A stretch of 64,000 nt of DNA from Burkholderiales bacterium (GCA_035259205.1 DATFWO010000318.1:7954-71953); one strand, 5' to 3'; counted from the stretch's first letter, positions 52,296-61,414 are shown. A program made the numbers and translations. Notes: generated by a model not told the origin, from the letters alone.

Positions 52296-55200
52296 ATGCA
52301 TCCGCAGACCATCTATACCAAAACCCCCAAAGGGGTCCTTGAGATCAAGAACAAGACCATACGGCTGCCGCGCGATCTCGGCTTGTTGTTCCTCGCTGTC
52401 GACGGGAAAAGCACGGTTGCCGAGTTGCCGCAAAAAGCGCACATGGACGCCGCAAGCCTGACGCCGGCGCTCGACAGGCTCGTCGCCGACGGTTACATCA
52501 AGGTGTTTTACCAACCGTCCGAAGCGGGGCAGGCCGCGGCTCTATCCGCTGACGATCTCGACCTCGACTTCACCTCGGCCGAAGCGGTAGCCCAGCTCAA
52601 CGACGAAGCCAGAACGCGCGCGAGGGCCGAGGCGGAGGCCAAGGCGCGGGCTGATGCGGCAGCGCGCGCCGCCGCCGAGGCGAAGGCGCGTCAGGAGGCC
52701 GAAGCCAAGGCGCACGCCATCGCGCAGGCCAAAGCGAAGCTGGAGTCCGAAGGCAAGGCTCGCGCCGAAGCGGCGGCCGCTGCTGCTGCGCAGGCGCGGG
52801 CTCGAGCCGAAGCGGAGATCAAGGCGGCGACCGAAGCCCAGGCGCGCGCAGCCGCTGAGGCGCGTATGCGCGCGGCGATGGAAGCGAAGGAAAAGGCGGA
52901 AGCAGAAGCAGCCGCACGCGCCGAAGCCGAAAGCAAGGCCAAGCTCGAGGTCGCAGCCGCGATGCAGGCGGAGGCGCGCGCGCGCGCCGAGGCCGAAGCC
53001 AGAGTACGCGCCGAAACCGAAGCGCGCGCGCACGCCGGAGCCGAGGCCCGGGCGCGCGAGGCGGTCGAAGCCAAGATGCACGCCATGGAAGTGGCGCTGC
53101 GGCAGGCGGAGGAGCGGGCGAAGGCCGAGGCCGAAGCGCGCATCAGAGCCGAAGCCGAGGCCCAGGAGCGAGCGGCAGCCGAGGCCCAGGCGCGTGTCGC
53201 GGCCGATGCGCGCGCCAAAGCCGCGGAAGAGGCGATCGCGCATGCGCGAGCGATGGCTGAGGCCGCCTCGGCGGCCAGAGCCGAAGCCGAGGCGCGCGCC
53301 AAGGCCGAAGCCGAAGCGCGGGCGGCGGCGGAAGGGCGCTTCAAGGAGCGCGCGGGCGATGAGCTCAGGGGTGAAACTGAGGCGATCGTCAAAGCGGCGG
53401 AAGCAGCGCGCCAAGAGGCGCTCGCCAAGGCGCAGCAGGCGGAGCGCGCGCTCGCCGAAGCTCAGGCCAGAGCCAGAGCCGAAGCGGAAGCGCGCGCGAA
53501 AGCTGACGTGGAGGCGAGAGCCGAAGCCGAGCGGCGCGCGCAGGAGGCGGGCGAAAAACTGAAGCGCGAGAGCGAGCTGCAGATCGCTCGCGAGGAAGCG
53601 CAGGCGAGGACCCGCGCCGAGATGCGGGCGCTTGAGGACAACATCCGCAAGGCGCGCGAGGAGGCCGAGTCGAGCGCCGCAGCCGAGCGCAGGGCGCGTG
53701 AAGAGGCGGAAGCGAGCGCCGCAGCCGAGCGCAGGGCGCGCGAGGAAGCCGAGGCGACCGTCGCGACCGAGCGCAAGGCGCGCACCGAGGCGGAGGCGCA
53801 AACGGAGTTGGAGCGCCAGCTACACGAAGAAGCGTTGAAAAAAGCGTACGCCGAAATGGAGGCGCAGCTCGAAGTCGAGCGCCGGTTGCGCGCGGATGCG
53901 ATCAAGAAGGCCCGCGAGGAGGCGGAAGCCAAGGCGCGCACCGAAATCGAAGCGCGGATCGAGGCCGAGCGCAAGGCGCGCGAGGAGGCCCAGGTCAGGC
54001 TCGAGATCGAGCGCCAGGCCCGAGAGGAAGCCGAGCGCAAGGAACAGCTCGAGGTCCAGGCGCGGCTCGATGCCGAGCGCAAGGCGCAAGCCGACGCCGA
54101 GGCCAAGGCTGCGGCTGCGGCGGCAGCCAGTGCAGCCGCCGAAAAACTGATGCGGGAGGCCGCCGAAAGGTCCACGTCCACCGTGGACCTGCACGCCGTT
54201 CGCGATGAAGCCGAAAAACTGGTGGGCAATGCACGCAAGGCGCATGCGGAAGCGATCGCGAAAGCGCAGGCGGAGATGATGGCGCGCGTGCAGGCCGAGC
54301 AGCAGGCGATTGCCGAAAAGCGCGTGCGCGCCGTAGCCGAGGATCGGGCCAAGGACGAAACCGTTGCGCTCGCCACCCGGGAGCGCGACGCGCGCGAGCG
54401 CGCCGAGCGGGAGGTGATGGCCAAGCTCGAGGCCGAAAACAGGGCGCGCGAGCAGGCCGAGCTCGAAGCCGATGCCAGGGCGCGTGCCGAGGCCCAGAAG
54501 CGGGCGGAGGCGATGGCGGCCCAGTATCTGGCGGAGCGGAAGGCGGCCAGAGACGCCGCCGCCAGGGCCAGAGAGCCGGTCAAGTGGGGGCGGCTGGTGA
54601 CGATTGGCGCCCTAGCGCTGATCGCGCTCGTGGTCAGCCTGCTGCACATCGTGCCGCTATCGGTCGGCGGCACTGAAAAACTGCTAACCGAACAGTTGCA
54701 GGAGCCTGTCAGCATCGGCGCGCTGCGTTTCGCGGCGTTTCCGTCGCCGCATTTGACGGTGCAACGCATCTTCATCGGCAAGGGACAGGATGCCATGATA
54801 GAGGCGGCGACGGTTCCGGCGAGCCCGCTCGCGCTGTTCCGGGACCGGAAGCACTTTGACGAAGTACGGCTCTCCGGCGTCACGATCGATCAGGACGTCG
54901 TGCCGCGCATGGCGGGCTGGACCAAGTCAAAGAGCGGTGAGCGAAGCCTGCAGATCGACCGTCTGGAGATGAGCGGGCTCAGGGTGGCGCTGCGTGACGT
55001 CAAGCTGCCAAGCTTGAGCGCCACGATTACGCTGGGCAAGGACGGCGCGCTTCAAAAGATGGTCCTGCGCGAGCCTACCTTGAGCGTGGAGTTTACGCCG
55101 GCCGGGGATCAGGCGTGGCAGGCCGATTTCAAGGGCAAAGGCTGGCGCCCGCCGCTCGGCTTGGGAATGGAGTTCTCCGACCTGAGCGGCAGTGCGCGCA

Positions 55201-55769
55201 TCACTTCCGGGCAGGCTGTGGTCTCCGGTTTCGACGGCACGCTCTATAACGGGTCGGTCAAAGGCGAGGCGACGATCAAATGGGGCAGCAACATCAACGC
55301 GGAGGGCCGATTCAACGTGAAAGGCTCCGACCTCGGGCAGTTGCTGCCGGCCATGGCGAGCGCGTTCAGCGCCAGTGGCGCGCTCGACACCAATGCGACG
55401 TTTGCAAGCGAAGGGCAAACCCCTGGCGAGTTGCTGGCGGCGCCGCGCGTGAATGCGACGTTCACGCTGCGCAAAGGCACGATCAACAACGTTGATGTGA
55501 TGCGGGCGCTGCAGGCGCCGGGACGCACCAGCGGCAAGACTCAATTCGACGAGATCACGGGTGAAGCGCAGGTTGAGGGCAATCGCATCGCCTATCGCAA
55601 CCTCAGGCTCAACTCCGCGCCGATGCAAGCCAGCGGCGCCATCGACGTCTTGCCGAATTCCGACCTTTCAGGTCGGATCACCGTGCAGGTGGGTACTCGA
55701 ACCACCACGGTGGCGCGCGGCACGCTCAACGTTGGCGGCAGCGTGAGGAGTACCCAGCTCACCCCCTAG
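52296..55769 (+). CDS. Giant bitopic protein: small N-terminal domain, charged Ala/Glu/Arg/Lys coiled-coil of about 650 aa, one TM helix and an AsmA-like C-terminal domain
   Basis: Residues 1-75 are globular (LPRDLGLLFLAVDGKSTVAEL). Residues 103-760 are EAKARAEAE-type repeats. The TM helix is LVTIGALALIALVVSLLHIV. The C-terminal 380 aa has AsmA-like blocks (FDGTLYNGSVKGEATI, VKGSDLGQLL, FDEITGEAQVEGNRIAYRNLRLNS). Confidence 0.7.
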   Translation: MHPQTIYTKTPKGVLEIKNKTIRLPRDLGLLFLAVDGKSTVAELPQKAHMDAASLTPALDRLVADGYIKVFYQPSEAGQAAALSADDLDLDFTSAEAVAQLNDEARTRARAEAEAKARADAAARAAAEAKARQEAEAKAHAIAQAKAKLESEGKARAEAAAAAAAQARARAEAEIKAATEAQARAAAEARMRAAMEAKEKAEAEAAARAEAESKAKLEVAAAMQAEARARAEAEARVRAETEARAHAGAEARAREAVEAKMHAMEVALRQAEERAKAEAEARIRAEAEAQERAAAEAQARVAADARAKAAEEAIAHARAMAEAASAARAEAEARAKAEAEARAAAEGRFKERAGDELRGETEAIVKAAEAARQEALAKAQQAERALAEAQARARAEAEARAKADVEARAEAERRAQEAGEKLKRESELQIAREEAQARTRAEMRALEDNIRKAREEAESSAAAERRAREEAEASAAAERRAREEAEATVATERKARTEAEAQTELERQLHEEALKKAYAEMEAQLEVERRLRADAIKKAREEAEAKARTEIEARIEAERKAREEAQVRLEIERQAREEAERKEQLEVQARLDAERKAQADAEAKAAAAAAASAAAEKLMREAAERSTSTVDLHAVRDEAEKLVGNARKAHAEAIAKAQAEMMARVQAEQQAIAEKRVRAVAEDRAKDETVALATRERDARERAEREVMAKLEAENRAREQAELEADARARAEAQKRAEAMAAQYLAERKAARDAAARAREPVKWGRLVTIGALALIALVVSLLHIVPLSVGGTEKLLTEQLQEPVSIGALRFAAFPSPHLTVQRIFIGKGQDAMIEAATVPASPLALFRDRKHFDEVRLSGVTIDQDVVPRMAGWTKSKSGERSLQIDRLEMSGLRVALRDVKLPSLSATITLGKDGALQKMVLREPTLSVEFTPAGDQAWQADFKGKGWRPPLGLGMEFSDLSGSARITSGQAVVSGFDGTLYNGSVKGEATIKWGSNINAEGRFNVKGSDLGQLLPAMASAFSASGALDTNATFASEGQTPGELLAAPRVNATFTLRKGTINNVDVMRALQAPGRTSGKTQFDEITGEAQVEGNRIAYRNLRLNSAPMQASGAIDVLPNSDLSGRITVQVGTRTTTVARGTLNVGGSVRSTQLTP
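52602..54575 (+). repeat. Low-complexity GC-rich coding repeat (GCx/GAG/CGC/AAG codons) encoding the coiled-coil
   Basis: About 2 kb of degenerate A-E-A-[KR]-A-R periodic sequence. It produces long spurious ORFs in most other frames on both strands. Confidence 0.8.
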
Positions 55770-55868
55770 CCCGCATGACTCACACGTACTGAGACTGTGC
55801 GGTTCTCGAGGCGGCGACGCTTTGTTTGGCGTCCGAGCATCGGGCTGACTACTTAATTCATGTAGCAG

Positions 55869-55894
55869 CTTGTCGGACGGCTGAGCCCGACAAG
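55869..55894. terminator. Hairpin between convergent genes (weak terminator candidate)
   Basis: cttgtcgg / ccgacaag forms an 8-bp stem with a 10-nt loop, 5 nt beyond the stop of the minus-strand PrsT paralog. There is no clear U-tract. Confidence 0.25.
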
Positions 55895-55898
55895 GTGC

Positions 55899-58685
55899 TC
55901 ACCGGCTGAGTTCCGCCAACAATTCTCTTGCTTCCTTGGCGAACCTTGAATCTGGGGAATTGGCCAGCAATTTCTCCAGTTCCTGTCGCGCTTTAGTACG
56001 ATCCCCCGTTTTGACGAGCGCCCGTGCCAGGTGGTACCGAGGTTCGGTAGCCTTGGGCATGTCGGTCACCGCCTTCTGCAGCAGCTCGAGCCCACGTTCG
56101 GCGTTGCCCCGCTCGACCAGCATCCAGCCGAGTGTGTCGGCGGCCGCCGCGTTGGGACTGAGCTTATAGGCGCGCTCCGCCGTCTCCAATGCGCGGGAAT
56201 CCTTGACGCCGTGATAGGCCACGGCGAGGTTGTTGAGCAGCTGCGCGTCGTCAGGCTGTTTTTTCAGCAACCACTCGTAGTCTTCGATTGCCTCCTTATA
56301 CATGCCGCTCTTGAGGTGATTGTCCGCGCGGTAACGCCGCACCATTGCGTCGTCCGGCGATTCCTTCAGCCACTGCGCCAGGCGCCCCTCAGCTTCCTCC
56401 GGCTTCCCGGCCCGCGTTAACGCCGCGTGCAGCTTGATCAGGACGGTGCCGCTCTTGCCCATGCCGTAGGCGACTTCGTACGCCTTGACGGCTTGCGGAA
56501 ATTTCCTCTCCGCCATCAGGACGTCGCCTTCGAGGACAAAGCCTGCGGGAGACTTGGCGGACCGCTTTTGCACCTGCTGCGCGATCTTCATCGCCTCCGA
56601 ATAACGCTTCGCGCGCAACTCGAACGCGGCGAGCGCCATTTGAGCGTCAGTGAAATCGGGCTGCAACGAAACCGCTTTGCGCAGCGCGTTCGTCGCTCTC
56701 GTCCGGTCGCCACTGACTGCGTATGCCTTAGCGAGTTGCATGAGGGCGGCCGCAGATTTGGGCTGGAGCGCGACGAGCTTCTCGTAGGTACTCACCGCCT
56801 GTTCATTCGCGCCGGCGCCGATCTGGGTGGCGCCCAATGTATGCAGCACTTCCGGATCATCCGGGCGCGCGGTCCGTGCCTGTTGTGCGACCTCCAGCGC
56901 TTTTTTCCAATCTTCGGACTTCGCGTAGGCGCGCGCCAGCATCAACTGCGGTTGCACCGAATTGGGACTCGCTTTGCGGGCGCGCTCCAACCAGTCGATC
57001 TGCTCTTTCGGCGTGGCGCCGATGCGCGCGGCGAAATTGCTGAGCGCCAGCAGAGCCTGCGTATTGTCCTTGTCCCTTTCGAGAATGGCCTCGAGGCGGC
57101 GACGCGCGCTCGCCGGCTGCTTATCCTCGAGGTCGAGTTGTGCGAGGTTAGTCGCCGCCGGCACGAAGGTCGGCTGCAGCTGGAGCGCGCGCTCGAAGGC
57201 CTTGCGCGCAGCCGCTCCTTCATTCTTGTTCCTATAGATCAAACCCTTCAGATTGTAGGTCAGCGGATTATTCGGCTGCTTCTTCTCGAAGGATTGCATC
57301 GCCTGCAGCGCCTGGTCGTAATTCGCCTGCTGCAGGAGCAACAGAACGAGCAGAAAGTCCGCGCGGTATGAGTTGGGGTCCACCGCCACCGCAGACTCTA
57401 GATCCGCCAGCGCGCGATCCGTTTCGCCGGCAGCCAATCGGCTTGCTCCCAGGCCGATGCGCGCCTCCGCGCTCTTGGGATCGAGCTTCGCCGCCTTCTC
57501 GAAATACTGGATCGCGATGGCGAACTCGTTGCTTCGCAGGTATACCTCGCCGGCGAGCGCCATCAGCGCTCCGTCTTCCGGCGCCTGCCGGAGGCTGGGC
57601 TGCAACACGTCGATGGCGCGCTGCGTCTGGCCGGCTTCCGCCAGCGACGCAATCAGCAGCTTCCGCGCATAGAGAAAGCCGGGCGCGCGTTCGACGACCT
57701 GTCCAAGGTGCGCCTGCGCTTGGGCGTGCGTTCCCAGGGCATACTCGGCCGCGCCCGCCAGCAATACGCTCGGCAGATAATCTGGCGCCACCTTGAGCAC
57801 TTCCAGCGCCGCGTCGTGCGCAACGGTGTACTTTTTCTGCTGAAACTCGATCAACGCAAGCAAGTGTTTCCTCTGTAGGAGGTTGGGAGCGAGCTTGCGC
57901 ACCTCTTCTAGTTGCTTGCGCGCCTCATCGAAGTTGCTGGCGGTGATGTGCTGCCACGCCATGTTGACGCGAGCTTGGACATCTTCCGGGCTGATCTCGA
58001 GGACCTTCTGGTAGGCCGCCATGGCGCCTGCCTGATCGGCCCTGAACCGGGCAAGATCGCCTTTCATCAGCCATGCATCTACGTTCTTCGGCGCGCTGGC
58101 GAGCGCCCGCTCGATCAATTTCGACGCTTCATCCGGTTTGTTCTGGATTGCCGCAAGGCGCGCCTGCGCGAGCAGCGCATCGGCGAACTCCGGCTGCTTG
58201 GCGAGCGCCTGCTCGAGCAGCTCGCGTCCTTCCGGGATGCGGTTGAGTCCGAACGACGCCATCGCCCGCAGTGTCAGGATTTCGGCTTGCACCGCGTCGC
58301 CGGCATTGGTGTCCGGAGGCACCTGGTCGAGCACCTTCTGGAATTCGCCCATCATCAGCAGCGACTTGCCGATCTTTACCTTGGCCAGGTCGTAACGCAG
58401 GTCCAGGGCCTTGCGCAGCTCTATTTCGGCCGATTTGAAATCACCCACGTCGTTGTAGGTCACGCCCAGGAGGTAACGCGCTTCGGCGTTCTGCGGAGAC
58501 TTCTGCAGCAGGCTCTTCAGGTGGACGATCGCGCTCCTATAGTGACCTTTGTCGCGCTCCTGCCTGGCGTCCGCAAGAATTTGCTCGGGGTTCGCGCTCT
58601 GCTCCTTGCAACCTGAGGAAAGCAGCAGGAGCGAGAGCACCACTGCGCACGCTGCGAAGCCGCGCATGTTTCTGGTTCTGATCAT
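55899..58685 (-). CDS. PrsT-like TPR-repeat lipoprotein (paralog 4 of 4)
   Basis: 928 aa of TPR repeats. Lipobox LLLSSGC. Highly similar to 29314..32109. Confidence 0.8.
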   Translation of the reverse strand: MIRTRNMRGFAACAVVLSLLLLSSGCKEQSANPEQILADARQERDKGHYRSAIVHLKSLLQKSPQNAEARYLLGVTYNDVGDFKSAEIELRKALDLRYDLAKVKIGKSLLMMGEFQKVLDQVPPDTNAGDAVQAEILTLRAMASFGLNRIPEGRELLEQALAKQPEFADALLAQARLAAIQNKPDEASKLIERALASAPKNVDAWLMKGDLARFRADQAGAMAAYQKVLEISPEDVQARVNMAWQHITASNFDEARKQLEEVRKLAPNLLQRKHLLALIEFQQKKYTVAHDAALEVLKVAPDYLPSVLLAGAAEYALGTHAQAQAHLGQVVERAPGFLYARKLLIASLAEAGQTQRAIDVLQPSLRQAPEDGALMALAGEVYLRSNEFAIAIQYFEKAAKLDPKSAEARIGLGASRLAAGETDRALADLESAVAVDPNSYRADFLLVLLLLQQANYDQALQAMQSFEKKQPNNPLTYNLKGLIYRNKNEGAAARKAFERALQLQPTFVPAATNLAQLDLEDKQPASARRRLEAILERDKDNTQALLALSNFAARIGATPKEQIDWLERARKASPNSVQPQLMLARAYAKSEDWKKALEVAQQARTARPDDPEVLHTLGATQIGAGANEQAVSTYEKLVALQPKSAAALMQLAKAYAVSGDRTRATNALRKAVSLQPDFTDAQMALAAFELRAKRYSEAMKIAQQVQKRSAKSPAGFVLEGDVLMAERKFPQAVKAYEVAYGMGKSGTVLIKLHAALTRAGKPEEAEGRLAQWLKESPDDAMVRRYRADNHLKSGMYKEAIEDYEWLLKKQPDDAQLLNNLAVAYHGVKDSRALETAERAYKLSPNAAAADTLGWMLVERGNAERGLELLQKAVTDMPKATEPRYHLARALVKTGDRTKARQELEKLLANSPDSRFAKEARELLAELSR

Positions 58686-58813
58686 GGAACGAAATACCCC
58701 CCCTCTTAGGACGGCGATTTTGCTCCGGCAGCGGTTTGCCGGACCAGGAATTTTCGCATTTTCTTGTTGCCCGGGAATACTACCTGATTCCGTGAATTTG
58801 TTCCGGCCCGGCT

Positions 58814-58829
58814 TGGCGCGCTAATTGCT
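58814..58829 (+). promoter_or_regulatory. Sigma-54 (-24/-12) promoter
   Basis: TGGCGC-GCTAA-TTGCT lies 29 nt upstream of the GTG at 58858. Confidence 0.55.
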
Positions 58830-58857
58830 TTCCCTGTCCGGCGGGGCAGGGGGAAAA

Positions 58858-59088
58858 GTGAGAATTCTTTCCAGGGAGAAATTCAAAGTGCTGGCCGAGA
58901 GAAACGGCTGGTCGCTCGCACGTGCGGAAGGCTTTGTCGACGGCGAATCGTTTCGTCGCCGCGGCAAACGGCCTCCAAATTACGTTCTCGTAGGAATTGA
59001 CGAGTATTGCCAGGGTTTTCGGGCGGGCTACTTCGAGCGCAAGCCGGCGTCCGCCAGGAATCAACCCTCGAGCGCAAAGAAGCTGTAG
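58858..59088 (+). CDS. Conserved small cytoplasmic protein (76 aa), paralog of 24323..24580
   Basis: The GTG start is preceded by agggggaaaa. The ORF-track TTG start at 58825 lies inside the -12 element. VRILSREKFKVLAERNGWSLARAEGFVDGE ... LVGIDEYCQGFRAGYFER aligns with the first copy from its residue 1. Confidence 0.6.
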   Translation: MRILSREKFKVLAERNGWSLARAEGFVDGESFRRRGKRPPNYVLVGIDEYCQGFRAGYFERKPASARNQPSSAKKL

Positions 59089-59441
59089 AGATTCTGTCGA
59101 GGTGTCGATACCGCGACACAGGCACGTAGAGCCCGTGTGACTTTGCGCACGCACCTGCCGTCGCTGACACCGTAATTGCCGCAGGCGTCTCATGCGCAGG
59201 GCACGCCGCCCTGCACGTGCAGATTCCCGCGATCGTTTCCCTGCCACGCGGCGTTCAGAAGCCGGCGCAGCCATTGCCGGCGGCTTCGGGCGATGAAGTC
59301 GAGCGCGAACGTGTCGCGCGGCTGAAATGCTGATTTCGCCGGTCGGGCGATGCAGTCATGCAAGTCTCCTGCTAAAATCCAAGCATTGCACCGGGTCGCC
59401 TCCCAAACCGCGCTGTTTCGGCGTGGCCGCTCGCATGAATC

Positions 59442-60662
59442 ATGCCTGACGCAGACCTGTCCAAGCTGCGCATCGACCGTGGCTCGGATGTTCGTCTTGG
59501 CAGTCCCGCGCGCCGGTGGCGACGCCGCGCGCTGTGGATTGCAGCATTGCTTGTGGTGGTAGCGACCATCGCAGGCACCTTTTTGCTCAACGCGGCCGTG
59601 CCAGTTGAAATCGCCGCGGTCACGACGGCCTATCCCTCGCAAGCGTATACACTGCTCAACGCCACGGGTTACGTGGTCGCGCAACGCAAGGCCGCCGTCG
59701 CATCGAAGGCGACCGGGCGCCTGGAATGGCTCGGTGTTCGAGAGGGCAGCCTGGTAAAGGAAAACGAGGTCCTGGCGCGCCTCGAGAACAGGGACGTGGT
59801 GGCCGCAATGGAGCAGGCGGCGGCGAACGTTCGCGTGGCGCGGGCCAATCTCGAGCAGGGCGTGGCGGAAGCGACGGAAGCCGAGCGGGCGCTCGCGCGC
59901 TCGCGCGACCTGCTGTCGAAGAACTTCGTGTCGCAGGCCGCGCACGACACGGCGGTAGCTCGCTACGAGAAGGCGCAGGCGGCGATCAGCGGCTTCAAGG
60001 CGGCCATTGCCGTCGCGCAGGCAAACTACCGCTCGGCGCAAGTCGCGGTTGACCAGACACTGATACGCGCGCCGTTCGACGGGGTGGTGCTCACCAAGAA
60101 CGCCAACGTCGGCGATGTCATCACGCCGTTTTCCTCGGCGCTCGGTTCGCAGGCGGCAGTGGTGACGATGGCCGACATGTCCACGCTCGAGGTCGAAGCC
60201 GACGTCTCCGAGGCGAGCCTCGGCAAGGTCAAGCTCGAGCAGCCCTGCGAGATCCAGCTGGATGCCCTGCCGGGCACTCGATTCCGCGGGGTCGTCGGGC
60301 GCATGGTGCCGACCGTCGATCGCTCCAAAGCCACCGTGACGGTAAAGGTGCGCTTCGTAGACAAGGATCCGCGCGTGCTTCCGGAGATGAGCGCCAAGGT
60401 CGCCTTTCTCGCGCAGGAGCTGCCGCCGGAGTTGCGCGAGCGGCGCACGGTCGTACAGCCACCGGCGATCGTCGAGCGCGGTGGAAAGCGCGTCGTTTAC
60501 GTTGTGCGGGGCGATAAGGCGGTCGAGACGCAGGTGGAGGTCGGCGGGAAGATCGGCGACATGGTCGAAATCCGCAATGGGGTGCAACCCGGCGAGAAGA
60601 TCGTCGCCAGGCCGCCGGAACGGTTGCACGACGGCGCCAAGGTGTCGCTTCGTGCAAAGTGA
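59442..60662 (+). CDS. Periplasmic adaptor (HlyD/MacA-type membrane fusion protein)
   Basis: N-terminal anchor LWIAALLVVVATIAG, lipoyl-like and coiled-coil hairpin segments (ANVRVARANLEQGVAEATEAERAL), and a beta-barrel region (IRAPFDGVVLTKNANVGD). Confidence 0.8.
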   Translation: MPDADLSKLRIDRGSDVRLGSPARRWRRRALWIAALLVVVATIAGTFLLNAAVPVEIAAVTTAYPSQAYTLLNATGYVVAQRKAAVASKATGRLEWLGVREGSLVKENEVLARLENRDVVAAMEQAAANVRVARANLEQGVAEATEAERALARSRDLLSKNFVSQAAHDTAVARYEKAQAAISGFKAAIAVAQANYRSAQVAVDQTLIRAPFDGVVLTKNANVGDVITPFSSALGSQAAVVTMADMSTLEVEADVSEASLGKVKLEQPCEIQLDALPGTRFRGVVGRMVPTVDRSKATVTVKVRFVDKDPRVLPEMSAKVAFLAQELPPELRERRTVVQPPAIVERGGKRVVYVVRGDKAVETQVEVGGKIGDMVEIRNGVQPGEKIVARPPERLHDGAKVSLRAK

Positions 60663-60717
60663 CGCATATCGGCCGCCAGATGCGGAGCCGGCCGCCGTTT
60701 TGGGAGCTGCGCAGCCC

Positions 60718-61398
60718 ATGGTCGAAATCCGGCACCTCGCCAAGTCGTACCGCCGCGGTGGCCAGACCGTGCCGGTGCTGGGCGACATCTCGCTCGACAT
60801 CGGCGCCGGTGAATTTACCGCCCTCATGGGACCCTCCGGCTCGGGCAAGAGCACGCTGCTCAACCTCATCGCCGGCATCGACAAGCCGGACAGCGGCGAG
60901 CTCCGGGTTGGCGGGCTCGATATCACCGCATTGACCGAAACCGAGCTCGCGCACTGGCGCGCGCGGCACATCGGCTTCGTCTTCCAGTTCTACAACCTGA
61001 TGCCCGTGCTCACCGCTTTCGAGAACGTGGAGCTGCCCCTCCTGCTGACGAGGCTGTCGCGGGCGGAGCGGCGCGAGCGCGTGGAATTGACGCTCGCGAT
61101 GGTGGCCCTGACCGATCGCAAGGAGCACTATCCTTCCGAGCTCTCGGGGGGACAGCAGCAACGGGTCGCCATCGCGCGAGCGGTGGTCTCGGATCCGGCG
61201 CTGGTCGTCGCCGACGAGCCGACGGGGGACCTCGACCGCGTGTCTGCCGCTGAAGTTCTGGAATTGATGAGACGGCTCAACGGGGAGCTGGGCAAGACGG
61301 TGCTCATGGTGACGCACGACGCGCAGGCGGCGAAGACGGCCCGGCGGCGGATCCAGCTGGAAAAGGGCGAGCTGATCGGGGAGGCACGAGTTAGCTAG
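60718..61398 (+). CDS. ABC transporter ATP-binding protein (MacB/LolD-type)
   Basis: Walker A GPSGSGKST, signature LSGGQQQRVAIARA and Walker B LVVADEPT. The internal ATG (MVEIRHLAKSY) is taken as the start. Confidence 0.85.
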   Translation: MVEIRHLAKSYRRGGQTVPVLGDISLDIGAGEFTALMGPSGSGKSTLLNLIAGIDKPDSGELRVGGLDITALTETELAHWRARHIGFVFQFYNLMPVLTAFENVELPLLLTRLSRAERRERVELTLAMVALTDRKEHYPSELSGGQQQRVAIARAVVSDPALVVADEPTGDLDRVSAAEVLELMRRLNGELGKTVLMVTHDAQAAKTARRRIQLEKGELIGEARVS

Positions 61399-61414
61399 TC
61401 CTGGCGGAGCGCGC

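Noticed and set aside
52542-54883. Multiple long ORFs in other frames and on the other strand across the coiled-coil repeat (for example 52542..53801, 52654..53562, 52691..53428, 53462..54883)
   Set aside because: They are a by-product of the GCx/GAG/CGC/AAG-rich repeat, which lacks stops in most frames. Only the 52296..55769 frame links a plausible N-terminal domain, a TM helix and an AsmA-like domain.
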